DNA from: Octopus sinensis
Lineage: Eukaryota
Length of the DNA: 64,000 nucleotides
Direction of reading: 5' to 3'
Assembly (NCBI RefSeq): GCF_006345805.1
Contig: NC_043014.1
Location: forward strand, 34,596,001 to 34,660,000
Each line of letters starts with the position of its first letter. The stretch's first letter is position 1. The notes beneath the pieces are model-generated. The model made no database searches. It had not been told where the DNA came from and was given only the letters and a program-made list of their open reading frames with translations. Both the position numbers and the translations under genes were made by a program. Shown here piece after piece: positions 13,635-27,257 of this stretch.

Positions 13635-15344
13635 TGTGTGTGTATGTGTGGAGTGTGTGTGTGTGCATGGGCGTTTGCGCATTTGGGTGTTTGGGGCATT
13701 TGCACTTTATATTACGGATACATTAAGGTGTCTGTAGAATAGTCAGCGATGTATGTGCTAATTCAGTGAGCAGGTAATTTGTAGTTCTGTTGACTGAATA
13801 TCTGATCCTCCTCCTCCTCATCATCACTATCACCATTATTGCTACCATCACCACAAGGCTTTGGTCGGCCCGAGGCTTTTGTAGAAGACACTTGCCCAAG
13901 GTGCCCCGCAGTGGGACTGAACCCGGAACCATGTGGTTGGTAAGCAAGCTACTTACCACACAGCCACTCCTGCGCCTATCTATGTACAATATGTACATTG
14001 GTGCTTTCTCTGTGTCAGTGGTACTCGTGAGATTACCAAGTAGCTTGCAAAGCAAGACCCTTGATTACCAAAGGGCCATTTACATGTGAATGCTTGACTC
14101 AGTGTGCATGTAGTTGGTACTTTGTAAGAGAGGCATCAGCATATTTAGCCAGTGTGTGTGCATACATATGCATTTCTTTTACATCCGAATGTGGCCATAG
14201 CCAGCGCCGTCCTGACTGGCCTCTGTGCCGGTGGCACGTAAAAAGCACCATCCGATCGTGGTTGTTGCCAGCTTCATCTGGTCTCCGTGCCAGTAGCACA
14301 TAAAAAGCACCGTCCGTTTCGTGGCTGTTGATGATGTTTCAGTCATGAAGCTGTGGCCATGCTGGGGCATCACCTTGACAAAGTTGAGCCGAATGAATCA
14401 ATCCCAGGACTTATTTTTTTGTAAGCCTGCTACCTATTCTGTCAGTCTCTCTTGCTGAACTTCTAAGTTACAGGGACATAAACACACCAACACCAGTTGT
14501 CAAACGAGGTGGGGTGTTGAGGTGGGGAAGAGACAGATACAGGTACAAGCACACATCTATGATGGACCTCTTTCAGTTTCCATCTACCAAATCCACTCAC
14601 AAGAGTGGTTAGCCCGAGGCTATAGTGGTAGACACTTGCTCAAGGTGCCATGCAGTGGTACTGAATCTGGAACCATGTGGTTGGGAAGCAAATTTCTTAA
14701 CACACAGTATTGCCTGCACCTATGTATGCACATGTATGTGACACTTGTCGTCAGTAATTACTTAGGGTAAAACATGGAAAAAATAAGTGAAACACAGGCG
14801 CACGACTGAGTTGGAGGCAGAATTTCTTCTGCCTTTATTGCACATAAAGAAAATGTTGTTGTAGGAATGTACGCAGCATGTGTACTACAGCAGTACTATA
14901 CATAATTTTAATACTGAAATTGAAAGGCAGGGGCGATTTATGCCAACCTAATCTACAAAAAAATAAAATATTTTGCATTTTATGCATAGTAATCAGAGTA
15001 ACCTTCATAATTTTATTGAATTAGGGGCATATTTTGCCATAAAAGGAAAACATTACTATTGATCTATTTTATTCAGGGTAGGCACTGCCTACCTTGCCTA
15101 CCCAGGTGGCATGACTCTGGTATGTATGTAACAGGTTTATCATATCTGCTTTATTATAATTCCATTCACATCTTTATAGATGTTTTATAGGAACATCCAT
15201 ACTGACTCAAGTACTTCACTATCACTTGAATGGGCCCAATATTTAATTAATACTTTATCTTATCGACCATTAAATGGACCACAATACTTGATTGGTACTT
15301 TATTTTATCGGCCCCTTAAAAGAGACCTCAAATAATAATAATAA

Positions 15345-16875
15345 TAATAATAATAATAATCCTTTCTATTACAGGCACTAGGGTTGAAATTTTGGGAGAT
15401 GGGGACAGTTGATTACATCAGCCCCAATGCTCAACTGATACTTATTTTATCAAAGCTGAAAGGATGAAAGGCAAAGTTGACCCTGGTGGCATTTGAACTC
15501 AGAACGTGAAGATGGATGAAATGCTGCTGAGTATTTCGCTTGGCATGCTAACGATTCTGCCAACTCACTGCCTTAATAATAATAATAATAATAATAATAA
15601 TTAGCTTCTAACATAGACACAAAGGCAGATTTCTGGGGATAGGTGTTAAATTAACTCCAGTATTTGACTGATACTTTATTGATCTTAGAACAAAAGACAA
15701 AGTTAAACTCAGTGGAATTTGAACTCAAAACATGAGAGAATGACTAAATATCATAAAGCATTTTGTCTGAAGCTCTAATGGTTCTGCCAATGTACTAATC
15801 TAATAATGATTTCAAATTTTGGCACAAGGTTAGGATGTTCATGGGTGGGGATCAATTATATTGACCCCAGTGCTCAACCAGTATACATTTTATCAATCCT
15901 AAAAGGTCGAAAGACAAAGTTGACCTCGGCAGAATTTGAACTCAGAACATAAAGACAGACAAAATGCCACAAAGCATTTTAATTGGCGTGTTAACAATTC
16001 TGCCAGCTTGCTGCCTTACTAGCCTAATAATGGTTTCAAATTTTGGCACAAAGCCAGCAATTTCCAGGGGTGGTGGGTAAGTCAATTACATTGACCCCAG
16101 AACTCAATTGGTATTTATTTCATTGACCCCGAAAGGATAAAAGGTAAAGTCAACCTTGGTGGAATTGGAACTCAGAATGTAAAGATGAATGAAATGCCAC
16201 TAAGCATTTTGTCCAATGTGTTAACAATTCTGTCAGCTTGCTGCATTACTAGTCTAATAATAATAATAATTTCTAACATAAGCACAAGGTCAAAAATTAA
16301 TGAAGAATTTAAATTAGTCATTTAAATCAATCTGGTATTTGACAGAAGGATGAAATGTAAGGTTGACTGCAACAAGATTTGAACTCAGAACGCAAAGACT
16401 TGTAACTAAATAGCATAAACAGAATCATTAGAGCATCATCTGATGCTTGAATGATTCTGCCAATTTACCACCATGTACCTAAGATAGGGAATAGAGGTAC
16501 TGTGTAATGTAATGGGTGACTCATCACTAGACAAGCAATAAGGTGAACTTTGCTGGTGCGCTTTACTCCCTTTTTCTGGCCTAGTCTCATATTAATGCAT
16601 ATAAATGTCTGAAGATCAGTCTTAGATTAGTGCCTATAATGTCTTGAAGATCTATTTCATATTGGTTTCAAATTTTGGCACAAGGCCAGCTATTTTGGGG
16701 GAGGGTTAAGTCGATTACATTGACCCCAGTTTTCAACTGGTACTAATTTTATTGACCCTGGAAGAATGAAAGGCACCCTCGACCTTGGTGGTATTTGAGC
16801 TCAGAACATAAAAACTGAAATGTCACTAAGCATTTTGCCCAGTGCACTAACAATTCTCCCAGCTCACTGCCTTAA
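15345..16875 (-). mobile_element. Cluster of ~6 co-oriented SINE copies (GCCTTTCATCC-domain family)
   Basis: Repeated TTTCAAATTTTGGCACAAGG...GGATGAAAGGCAAAGTTGACC...TTTGAACTCAGAAC...TTCTGCCA blocks separated by (AAT)n. Confidence 0.85.
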
Positions 16876-17159
16876 CAAAGGTCTATTTCATATTAGTGCC
16901 TATAATGTCTCAAGATTAAGCTTACTGGAAACAAAAGAAATGTTGACTCAGATTTCATAGTCATGGTTTTGAATCTTGCTAGAGTCAAGTGGAAGTAGCC
17001 TGATCGAAAAGGAGTTGTGAAAATATCAGTTTCTTTTGTCAAGCTGCTAAGTTACAAGGATGTAAACAAGCCAACATTGGTTATCAAGCAAAGTTGGCTT
17101 ACTTCACACACACACTATGGGCTTCCTTCAGTTTCTGTCAACCAAATCCACTGATCCAA

Positions 17160-18060
17160 CAACTTGATACCTCTGTAATTATTTCTATCTAAGGCATCAC
17201 CTTTACCTTTGTAGCAGTTGACTATGGTGCTGCTACCCTAGTCACTTAGTATGGCTCCTTCATGAACCACCTGATTTACAATACAGGTGACTCATAACTC
17301 ACACTGCCATATATCTTAAGCATCTCAACAGTGATTCCTGATGGAGCAGGGGCTTTCCTTGTCTTCATATCCCTAATTGATTTATCTACCATAGAACTGT
17401 CAATTCGAGTAGCTGGTTCCTCAACTGGGTCAACATTTGGCAGACTCTCCTCCTCCCATTCATTCTCCACATTCAGCAGTCTTTCATAATGGCATCTCCA
17501 AGCCTCTTTCTTTGCAGAATCATTAAATGTAAGTGCACCATCATCTATGCGGATACATTTCTCTTCTATAACATCACGATTTTCTCTCACACACTGTCTT
17601 GCAATCCAAAACACTTCAGTTCTTTGGTCCTCACATTGCTGAACATAGACACACTTCTTTTCTGTTTCTCCCTTGGCTGGATATACCTGTCTCCTAGGTT
17701 CCCTTCTGACTATTTGATACAGTTCTCTGTTACCCCAACTCTTCCAGGCCTGTTTCTTTCCTTTAATGGCTCTGTCTACCACATTGCTCCACCACCACTA
17801 GGTCTGGATGGGACTCTGCGCCAGCCGCAGATTTGGCCTGTGGTACCCAGTAGGCTGTTCTACAGGAATTCCCAGTTGCCCTCTATGTCACAAGTCTGTA
17901 GCTCCTCTTCCCTCTCATCAAATTTTTCAATTAGGAGGTCCCCTATATCTCTGACCATATGAACAGTTTTTAAACTTCCAAATCCTTATTTTCCAGATTG
18001 GTCTGCTTCTTTGGCATCCTTCTGACCTGGAGTCTAAAATCACTAATGACTAGTCTAGCA
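17160..18060 (-). pseudogene. RTE-like LINE fragment (endonuclease-RT linker to RT start)
   Basis: ORF 17276-17782: KKEAWRCHYERLLNVENEW...DMKTRKAPAPSGITVEMLK, typical of the LINE segment preceding RT. Confidence 0.8.
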
Positions 18061-18776
18061 CATCTCTGCTCAGAAAAATAACGAATCATTAATTTTACAA
18101 ATTCATAGGTATACTACCAATGTTTTTGTTTTAAGGCTTAAACAAACTTTTTTTTCTTTTAATTTGGGGTTTAGAGAACTCAGCAGAAATTTGAAAATGA
18201 GCAAAATTTCCTCAGTGGGTGAGAGGTTAACCTACTCTTTAAATGACTATACTAACTGTTAGAAATAACATCCAAATTTTCACTAAGTCACAACCAAACA
18301 AACTAACAGAAAGAACACACAGAAATAATGCAGTTCTAGAAACACTATGGTTGGGGGAAAAAAAATGAGTGTTACTGTTTGAACACTACGTACCAAAAGT
18401 TTGATGGGAACTAATCTGAGACTAAACCATAAGTAACTGATTTTTATAAGTAGGGTAAAAGGCAATAAAGTTAACTGAATCTACTTCAGTGGAATACTAG
18501 TAACTGACAAATTAATGAATGAAATTCTACATGGTGGCCTGACCTGCTAGATACAGCAGTTAAATCTTTTTCACATTGCACCATACCATCTTTAAAAAAA
18601 TGGAATAGTAACAGCCAGAGCACCTTTAATTATATGTCTGTTTGATCTGGGTTATTTGGGGTTAAACAACTGATTTTTGTTTATTTACCTAGAAGGTATT
18701 TGAACACAAAACACTAAAATATAAAATAAAAACTTCCGAAGCATCTAGTAGGTTTCTGACAGCCTTGGCTATATTA

Positions 18777-21452
18777 CACTGGACAACAAAGATTTTGCTA
18801 CTGGGGTAAAAGCATATGTTTTAGACTAAATAGAGGATGCTGAATCTGCACTCAGAATTGTTCTAGCACATCAGGATTTTGAGTTATGCGCATGTGCAAG
18901 ATTATAACTATACTTTTGGCTAGATATAGGCCATATTATAAAAATTGCTAAAATGAAAGCAGTCTTAATTCAAAATTTAAAAAATAACAGCAATAAAAGA
19001 AACGATGAGAAAGTTCATTATTTAGTTTCACAACAGATGGCGCTGATGTATTTGCATGCATGTGCCAAATATGTCAGTTTGTTCTTGGTAACTCTCAGTG
19101 TCGTTTGCACTGCTGTCATATGTGGTGTGTGTGTGTATCTCTCGTTCTGCGTGATTACTGTTTTAACTATGTTCTTTGTGTTAGATCATGAATAGGAGAA
19201 GCTGTGCGAATCACCCAGACAACTTTTGTTAGGTCTGTGGAAAATTTGCTCTACATAACCAGTGGAAGAACATTGCCATCAAATTAAAAACTGCCTATAA
19301 ATATTATTTCGAGTGTAAAGTTGGGGACAAAGACAAGAGGTGGGCACCTCATATATGCTGCACCATGTGTTACTCAGGGCTTACACAGTGGCTGAATCGA
19401 AAACGGAAGGGAATGCCTTTTGCTGTACCAATGGTATGGCATGAGCCAACTAATCATGTCTCTGATTGTTACTTTTGCATGACTAATATTAGTGGCTTCT
19501 CAAAGAAAACCAAAGCAAAAATTGTGTATGCAGATTGTAAATCGTCTCTAAAACTGATAACACATAACTTCGAGGACCCTGTCCCAGTTCCCCTCTCACA
19601 TGATTCACTTGAAGACATTGACACATCGCACGATGAACCTCCCCAATTCTCCCCTCGATGAAGAGTATGTAGTTGATTCTAAGAAAAATGAATCACACTT
19701 GTTTAATCAAGAAAATTTGAATGATATAGTAAGAGACCTAGCATTATCAAAGGAGAAGGCAAGAAGTTTTGGAATCCAGACTACAGCAATGGAATCTCCT
19801 ACAGAAAGGTACGAAAATTTCCATTTTCCATTCTCGCTATGAAGGCTTATCTGTCTTTTTCAAGCAAGAAAATAATGCTTGTTTCTGTACTGATGTTAAT
19901 GCACCCACGCAAAAACTAGGACACGTGCATATGGCTAATGAATGGAAATTGTAGATTTGAGTAAAGTTAGCCTCACAGCTGTGTTACATTATGGTAATGC
20001 AAAACCTTCCATTCCTGTGGGTCATGTTGTCAGTATGGAAGAATCAATTATGAATCAATGTAACTCATTCTGATAGGAGTTAATTACTCAATTCATAAGT
20101 GGAATATTTGTGGTGATTTAAAGATGATTTTCCTCCTCTTAGGACTACAGCTGGGATATACCAAAAATATGTGCTTCTTGTGTGTTTGGAACAGTGCAAT
20201 GGACAGCAATCATTATGCTGTAAAAGACTGGCCTAAAAGAGATGACCGTATAGTTGGTTGATACAATATGTAGCATATACCACTGGTAGACCCACAAAAG
20301 ATCTTCCTTCTACCCATTCACATCAAATTTAGCCTCATGAAAAACTTCATAAAAGCAATGACACATGATGGTTGTAGCTTCCAGTACCTAAAAGTAAAAT
20401 TTGGTGCAGAAAAAAGCAGGCATTTTCATTGGACCTGAGATCAGAGAATTTATAAGTTGTACAGAACTTTCCTGGAAATCATAGAGCTGAAAACTATGCT
20501 GATTTGATAAACGACATGCCAACAGCATATGAAAGAATGGGATGCTGAATGTCCCTTAAAATGCAGTTCTTGGTGCTGTTAGTGATGATTATGGTGAGCA
20601 GTTCCACCAGGACATATCTGAGATGGAAACGAGGTATCAAGGTTGGTTCAATTCACACACGATGGGTGACTACTGCTGGTTCCTACAATGAGAGACCAGC
20701 ACAATGCATAAGCACAAGAGTAAATGTCTCAAACATCTCTGAGCTGAGCATATAAAAAATAAAGAGAGTATTCCCTCAACATAAATATACTATGTACCAT
20801 TATATAATAATACTGCGTGGCACCTTGGGCAAGTGTCTTCTACTATAGCCTCAGGCCGACCAAAGCCTTGTGAGTGGATTTGGTAGACGGAAGCTGAAAG
20901 AAGCCCGTCGTATATATGTATGTATATATATATATATGTGTATGTATATGTGTGTGTATGTTTGTGTGTCAGTGTTTGTCCGACCAACATCGCTTGACAA
21001 CCGATGTTGGTGTGTTTACGTCCCCGTAACTTAGCGGTTCGGTAAAAAATGACCGATAGAATAAGTACTAGGCTTACAAAGAATAAGTCCTGGGGTCGAT
21101 TTGATCGACTAAAAGTGGTGCTCCAGCATGGCCGCAGTCAAATGACTGAAACAAGTAAAAGAGTAAAGAGAGAGAGAGAGAGAGAGAGTAAAGAGTAATA
21201 CTATTTGCCTTGAACATAAATATACTATATACAATACTAATATACTATTATAATAATTATTTACTTTGAACTTAACTATTCTTGATACTAATATAGCATT
21301 AATATATAATTATGTGCATAACTCAAAATCCTGACGTGCTACAGCAATTCTGGGTTCAGATTTGGAACCAGCATACTCGATTTAGTTTAGTACGGCACCA
21401 TTTGTCTGGATAGCAGACAATAATTTTTTTTTTTTTTTTTTTTTGCCTAGTG
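18777..21452 (+). mobile_element. Chapaev (CMC)-type DNA transposon, degenerate; SINE inserted at ~20812-21195
   Basis: CAC...GTG termini; TTA 3-bp TSD (18774-18776 / 21453-21455); subterminal inverted repeats (CAGGATTTTGAGTTATGC); broken transposase with C-NHPDNFC, WAPHICC, MPFAVPMVWHEPTNH-SDCYFC, LP-HIKFSL and FHQDISEMETRYQG motifs. Superfamily assigned from recall of these motifs. Confidence 0.75.
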
Positions 21453-22097
21453 TTATCTTTAAAAAGAGAAATGGTTATGGTAGTGGGATTGTAAAATAAA
21501 TTATGAACAGAAAGCTAGTATTAAAAGAAAGAAGCCCCCGAGAGATATAGATTAGCCTCAGAAGAGAAACAACTGGAATAAGGGAAGAAAAGTTGAAGGA
21601 GTGGGAATGCGAAACTAAGTTTCGGTTTTTTATTAAGAAAGGAAAAATAGTTAAATTGTAACTACTGGGAATTTTGGAATAGAAAGAAGTCCCATCCCTT
21701 ATAGGGAAGGGGAAAATAGATTTTTGTTTCTTCCCTAAAGATTTCGATTTTTTTTTTTTTTTACATTTCTGCCTCTTCGACTTTCGTTCTCTTTTCCTTT
21801 CCTACTTCGAGATCCATCTATTCCAAAATTACACGCTTTCATTCAATGTTGCAATTTAAATTGTTTGATTCTGATTTGAGACGGAAAGTTTTCGTGATGA
21901 AATATATAAAAAAAAAAAAATTTTTTTAAACTGTCTAAGATCGACTATCGTGGGACAAAGACGAGACAACATAGAATAAATTCAGAAAAGAACACCTACC
22001 GGCACGGCAAGCATGGTTAGAATAAAGATAAGACTGTCGTTTTGGGAGTTACGCAACCGATCGGTGACCGGCGGCAGGCCTTTCTGCCGTAACTTAC

Positions 22098-22109
22098 AGC
22101 AGCAGTCGC
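22098..22109 (-). CDS. Candidate 12-nt microexon (ATAA) in frame after the ATG exon
   Basis: Minus strand TCTTCGCACTTTTAG|GCGACTGCTGCT|GTAAGT; phase 0/0, giving M-A-T-A-A. Confidence 0.35.
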
Positions 22110-22468
22110 CTAAAAGTGCGAAGACAATTATTACGAAATCTTTCCTCTTTTTTTTACAACTATGAAATATTGGCCTTTCTAACTTTTATTCTATTCTTCC
22201 CTACTCTCTCTCCTTTTATGCAATAGATACACGTTGAAGGAGTGTATCTTTTAGCATCTTTGAAAAAAAATAATTAAAAAAAAATCTCTTCCATCATTGT
22301 CAATTGATCTAAAATACTAAAAAAAGAAAACCGTTATATAAATATAGGTGTGTAATTATACACCCGCAAAATGAGAGACAAAATAAACAACACCGACGGA
22401 CGATTAACCGGTGTAAAAATACAAACACTATACAACATATATACATATATATATACACATATAAATAT

Positions 22469-22511
<43 letters not shown>

Positions 22512-23372
22512 CACACACATATACACATAAAAATCAACATCCGTACAGTTTCAATTCTATTCACAAGACATTTTCACCTTCTTATTAGATTAGTTCTAAA
22601 TTCATTACTATTTTGAATATTTCTAAAATAATCATTATTAGCCAAAAATAAAATAAGTAAAAAAAACAACAAAATTCCACACTTTTTTAATTTCTAAAAA
22701 TTCTATTAAGCCAAATGTTTATTTCTTTGTCTGAGACACATTTCTCTTGAAATGCGTCAATAATGTGAAAGAAAGGACACATGGCATGGTTAACGTTGAA
22801 GATCTCCTGAGCACTGTATACAATAATTTCATTATTATATTATTATTATATAAAATTAGTGATACAATAAAGCCTCTACGATTATTTCATTTTGTGTCTA
22901 TTATAGTTAATGTTCAATGGGGGGGGGGTGCTACCACGCGTAAAGCAGAGAGTAAGGAATATGAGACTTACTATCTCTTTTATTTCGAGTACTTTTATGG
23001 AATAGTGGAGCATTTCGAAATAAAGCATGGTAGAGCTGTTATGTTATTTAATCCCAGGTCAACCCTAATCAGACACCTATGAAGAGTTTTAGTTATAACC
23101 ATTTCATTTTTTAATATTCAAACAATGTCTTACATTTTTAAGAGAATTCGGGTGTTATTTGCGGGAAATTTGGTGGCTATTTTTAGCAAGGCAGGCAGGC
23201 AGCCACGAGATGATGTCGAAATGAAAGCTGTTATATAAACAATCGTGATGAAATTGATCCGAAAGAATCAGAGAGAAAGAAAAAAAGACGGTACATACTG
23301 CGAATTTCAATAACTATCGGAGCTAAACATGTATGGACAATGATGTGATTCTATGTTATAAAGTTGACTTAC

Positions 23373-23375
23373 CAT
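23373..23375 (-). CDS. Candidate first coding exon of an unidentified host gene, ending in ATG
   Basis: Minus strand reads ...CCATTTGAAATG|GTAAGT with a perfect donor, inside the CpG island; no homology recognised. Confidence 0.35.
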
Positions 23376-23679
23376 TTCAAATGGAATGATAACAAGTCTC
23401 CTGCACGACGGCACAACTTCGGCGCCGGCTACAGGAATTTTTAACCAGTAAACGCAGACTCATGGTTTTAAGTTATCGATTTAGGTTTTCATTTCATCAC
23501 CGACCGCCACCGCCGCTTATTGTTTCGGTTACGTGACGTAGTCAAAGTCTGTCTTGTGATACATGTCCATCGATTCCTAAACTAAGATAATTATTAATTT
23601 CATTACAAATTGGCATTGTGTGCTTTGTCACTTTTTCTTTCTTACTGATCTTTTTTTTTTTTTTGTCTTTTGTCATAAG

Positions 23680-23979
23680 CACCATGGCCCCGAAGAGTTA
23701 ATTCTGGACGAACCAATTTCTAGTTGCAGCCAACCATTTAATTTCTATCATTACAGCATTCAGGAAAGGGATGAACGTCACAACTTTCAGTTTTCTTCGA
23801 TTACGAGCTTGATGTTTGTATACACATCAACTACCGGAATCCATGTGGTGGAAGCAAGCAAGCTCCTGGAAAGCCGGGGTTCGAGTAGGTGTAGCAGTTT
23901 CAATTACCCGTTTTACGTTCCTAATATTCCCGAGAAAAGCATTGATACCTCAAATGTTCAGTCGTTCTTTCTCTTTTAA
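23680..23979 (+). other. Candidate exon after a strong acceptor; 99 open codons in phase 0, or a MAPKS* uORF
   Basis: Branch-like ACTGAT, long T tract, TCATAAG|CACCATGG; frame HHGPEELILDEP...QSFFLF*; AATAAA at ~24011; protein not recognised. Confidence 0.35.
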
Positions 23980-25169
23980 ATCATTGCATTATTATCGAGT
24001 TACAGACCCAAATAAAAAAAAATTATGAAATTATTGTTTTGTTGGGTGAGTAATAACGCAAAAAGACCGCCGAGTTGCTTAATTTACGAGTACTTAATAT
24101 ATACAGTTACCGTATACCCTTCGTCTGAGAGTTCCTACTAGATAGAAGTAGTTTATTTATTTATTTATTTATTTTATGTCTGCATAATAGCGTCGTTGGT
24201 TACAAGTTTCTACTGGGCCAATCATTGGTTCACTGGTTTAGTGGAAGCAAATTTGGTTTCCGAGAAAAACGTTATCCGAAAGAGTTGTAGGTTCTGAACA
24301 GTTTTCATACGTTCAATTTATTTCTTCGGATCCTCCGAGATTATTTACTGCTACGCTTTATATTATGTAATGATATTTATTTATTTATTTCGTAACAGAG
24401 AATATTATAATTACTAAACAGTAAGACCCGCTACAGTAATATGTTTTACCAATCTATACTTAGATTGATCGTTGTTAATTATTGATATATAAAAGCCTTA
24501 CTGTCACTCGCAGGTGAGTAAGACCTGGTAGCTTGTACTACACTACGGCTGCTTTAGGCACCTATGCCAATAGTTGTTAACTGATATAGTCGTCCTCCAA
24601 CCCCTGGCCCAGTAAGAACATCGAGGATGAGACAAAGATGCATCAGCACTAGGCTGATACTAATTTACAGCTGAATAGACTTCAAAAAACGTGAAATGTA
24701 ATGCCTTACTCAGGGACATTGTGCGCCTCCTACTCCATGAATTGAACTTATGACTAGACGATCGTGAACCCAACACCGTAAACACTAGGAATAAATATAT
24801 TTTGACAAATGAACTTCATTCTAATTAGTATCTAATCAACTACATAAATCAAGTGAATGCAACCAACCAATAACGAAGTCTTTAAGACCTAAAGTTCTGA
24901 TTCAGTAATCTCTCCATCTTGAATGCACACTGATACTACAGCTAGTTTGCACTAGCTGTGGTGTCAGTTTTCACTACAGTATCAAAATTTTGTAGTGCCA
25001 ATCTTACTGCAAACTTGAAAAAGTAAACTGCTTATTAAATTGACACAAACTACTGTATTTAATGGTATAAAAGATGATTGGCATTCTAGATGCACCTCAA
25101 TTTCAAAAGTGTGTATTCAGTAAAAAATAGTTTTTAATGCATTAAAGAATGTAATATTATAGGCCCATA

Positions 25170-26075
25170 TAGGGTGGCGATCTGGCAGAATTGTTAGCAT
25201 GCTAAGCAAAATGCTCGGCTGTACTTTGTCCATCTTCTCATTCTGAGTTCAAATTCCACTGATGTTTTTGCATTTCATCCTTTGGGGGGGGGGGTCAATA
25301 AAATAAGTACCAGTTGAGTACTAGGGTTGATGTAATTGACTTACCCCCACCCCGCCCCTGAAATTTCTGGCCTGCTATCAAAATTTGAAATCAATACTCT
25401 AGACCCAACTGGGGTGGCAAGCTAGCAGAATTGTCAGCTCACCGGGCAAAATACTTTGTGGCATGTTGTCTGTCAGCGTGTTCTGAGTTCAAATTATGCT
25501 CAGGTTGACTTTACCTTTCGTCCTTTCAGTGTTGATAAAATAAGTACTAGTTGAATGCTGGGGTCAATATCATCGACTTATCGTCCCTCAACTGAAATTT
25601 CTGGCCTTGTGCTAAAATTTGAAAACACTATAGGCCCAACTACACATACAGGACCTGGGCAACTTTTTTGAGACTTTCTTTTTTTAAGAAGGGTGCATGT
25701 TATATGCCATCCCAAGTACAGCAGATTGATTACATCAACCAATCAGATTGTGTAACAGGCTAATTACGTCATGAAATAACTCCTTTTTTAACATTCTTTT
25801 CCTGCAAGAATCTCCAAGACTAGTGGAAGATAGAGAATATTATAGCTATATGTAAGACAGTGAACTGGCAGAATTGTTAGCATGCTGGGCAAAATGCTCT
25901 GCAGCATTTTGTCCGTCTTTATGTTCTGAGTTCAAATTTTGTCGTGGTTGGCTTTGCCTTTCATCCTTTCAAGGTCAACAAAATAAGTACCAGCTAAGCA
26001 TTGGGGTCAATGTAATTGACTGACTCCCAATTCTTTAAAATTGGTGGCCTTGTGCCAAAATTTGATACCAATATT
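25170..26075 (+). mobile_element. Three co-oriented SINE copies (GCCTTTCATCC-domain family)
   Basis: Repeated CTGGCAGAATTGTTAGC...TTCTGAGTTCAAATT...CCTTTCATCCTTT...TAAGTACCAG blocks. Confidence 0.8.
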
Positions 26076-26600
26076 ATTGTTACATGCTGATTTTAAACAC
26101 AAACAAACATCTGTACTGCTCTCAAAATAATAAAAAAGGCTTGTCAGTCACAATTTTTGTGAGACCTTGGGGGGGGGGGGGTAATTTTTTTTATAACACC
26201 ACCTAGCTTTATATCACTTAGTGTTTCATCATGTCTAATTCTAGCATTGGTTATATAGTGTTATCGCACCAAACTACCATTTATTAATTTATGATAATTA
26301 TCAACACTTCTTAGAATAAATACATTCTGGATTTGTAGAGAATATGACTGTGGGAGATAGAAACAATAAATTATAAATTTGGTGTTAAGCACAAAAGCAC
26401 ACACACACACATACACATACTTTGATATTTTTACTGGTTTTATTCATTGGACTACAATCAAGGGGTTTAGTCTATGAAATCTCTTCCCAGTATTTATTTT
26501 AATCTGATACTTATGTTATCAATTGCTATTTACTGAACAGCTAAGTTAGCTTTTGACAAAAAGTGATTCTATTCAGTATACCATTTTTTGCTGATGTATA

Positions 26601-26635
<35 letters not shown>

Positions 26636-27092
26636 CTCATCATCATCATCATCATCATCATTTAACGTCTGCTTTCCATGCTAGCATGGGTTGGACGATT
26701 TGACTGAGGTCTAGCGAACCAGACTCCAATCTGATCTGGCAGAGTTTCTACTGCTGGATGCCCTTCCTAATGCCAACCTCTCCGAGAGTGTAGTGGGTGT
26801 TTTTACGTGCCACCAGCACGAGGGCCAGTTTGGTGGTACTGGCAACGGCCATGCCCAAATGGTGCTTTTTACGTGCTACCTGCACAGGAGCCAGTCCAGC
26901 GGCACTGGCGATGACCTCGCTCAAATATTTCACATGCCACCAGCACAAGTGCTAGTAAGGCGACGCGGTAACGATCATATATATATATATATGCAAGCAT
27001 ACAGCACACACAGTCATTTTCACCATCAATTTATTTTCATTTTCCCATGCTGGAAGTATCTTTCCACTTGTCATGGTGTATATCATCTAGTA

Positions 27093-27257
27093 CAGTGGCT
27101 CCCAACCTGTGGTCTGTAGAGCCCTGGTGGTCTGCAAAGGTAGTACTGGGGTTTCATGAACATGTTAAGCTGACAGACCTTTCAATATCCTGGGATCCAT
27201 GGGAAAACTTATCTAAAGAAAAGGGGTCCTTAGTAGTGAAAAGGTTGGGATTCACTG
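27093..27257. mobile_element. hAT-like MITE
   Basis: CAGTGGCTCCCAACCT / AGGTTGGGATTCACTG TIRs; perfect 8-bp TSD ATCTAGTA. Confidence 0.8.

Larger units (their letters stand above)
21700..24600. promoter_or_regulatory. CpG-retaining island, putative (bidirectional) promoter region
   Basis: CpGs visibly frequent (GGCGCCGGC, CCGACCGCCACCGCCGC, CRE/E-box-like ACGTGACGT at ~23531) against a CpG-depleted background; few repeats; nearby splice signals on both strands. Confidence 0.55.
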
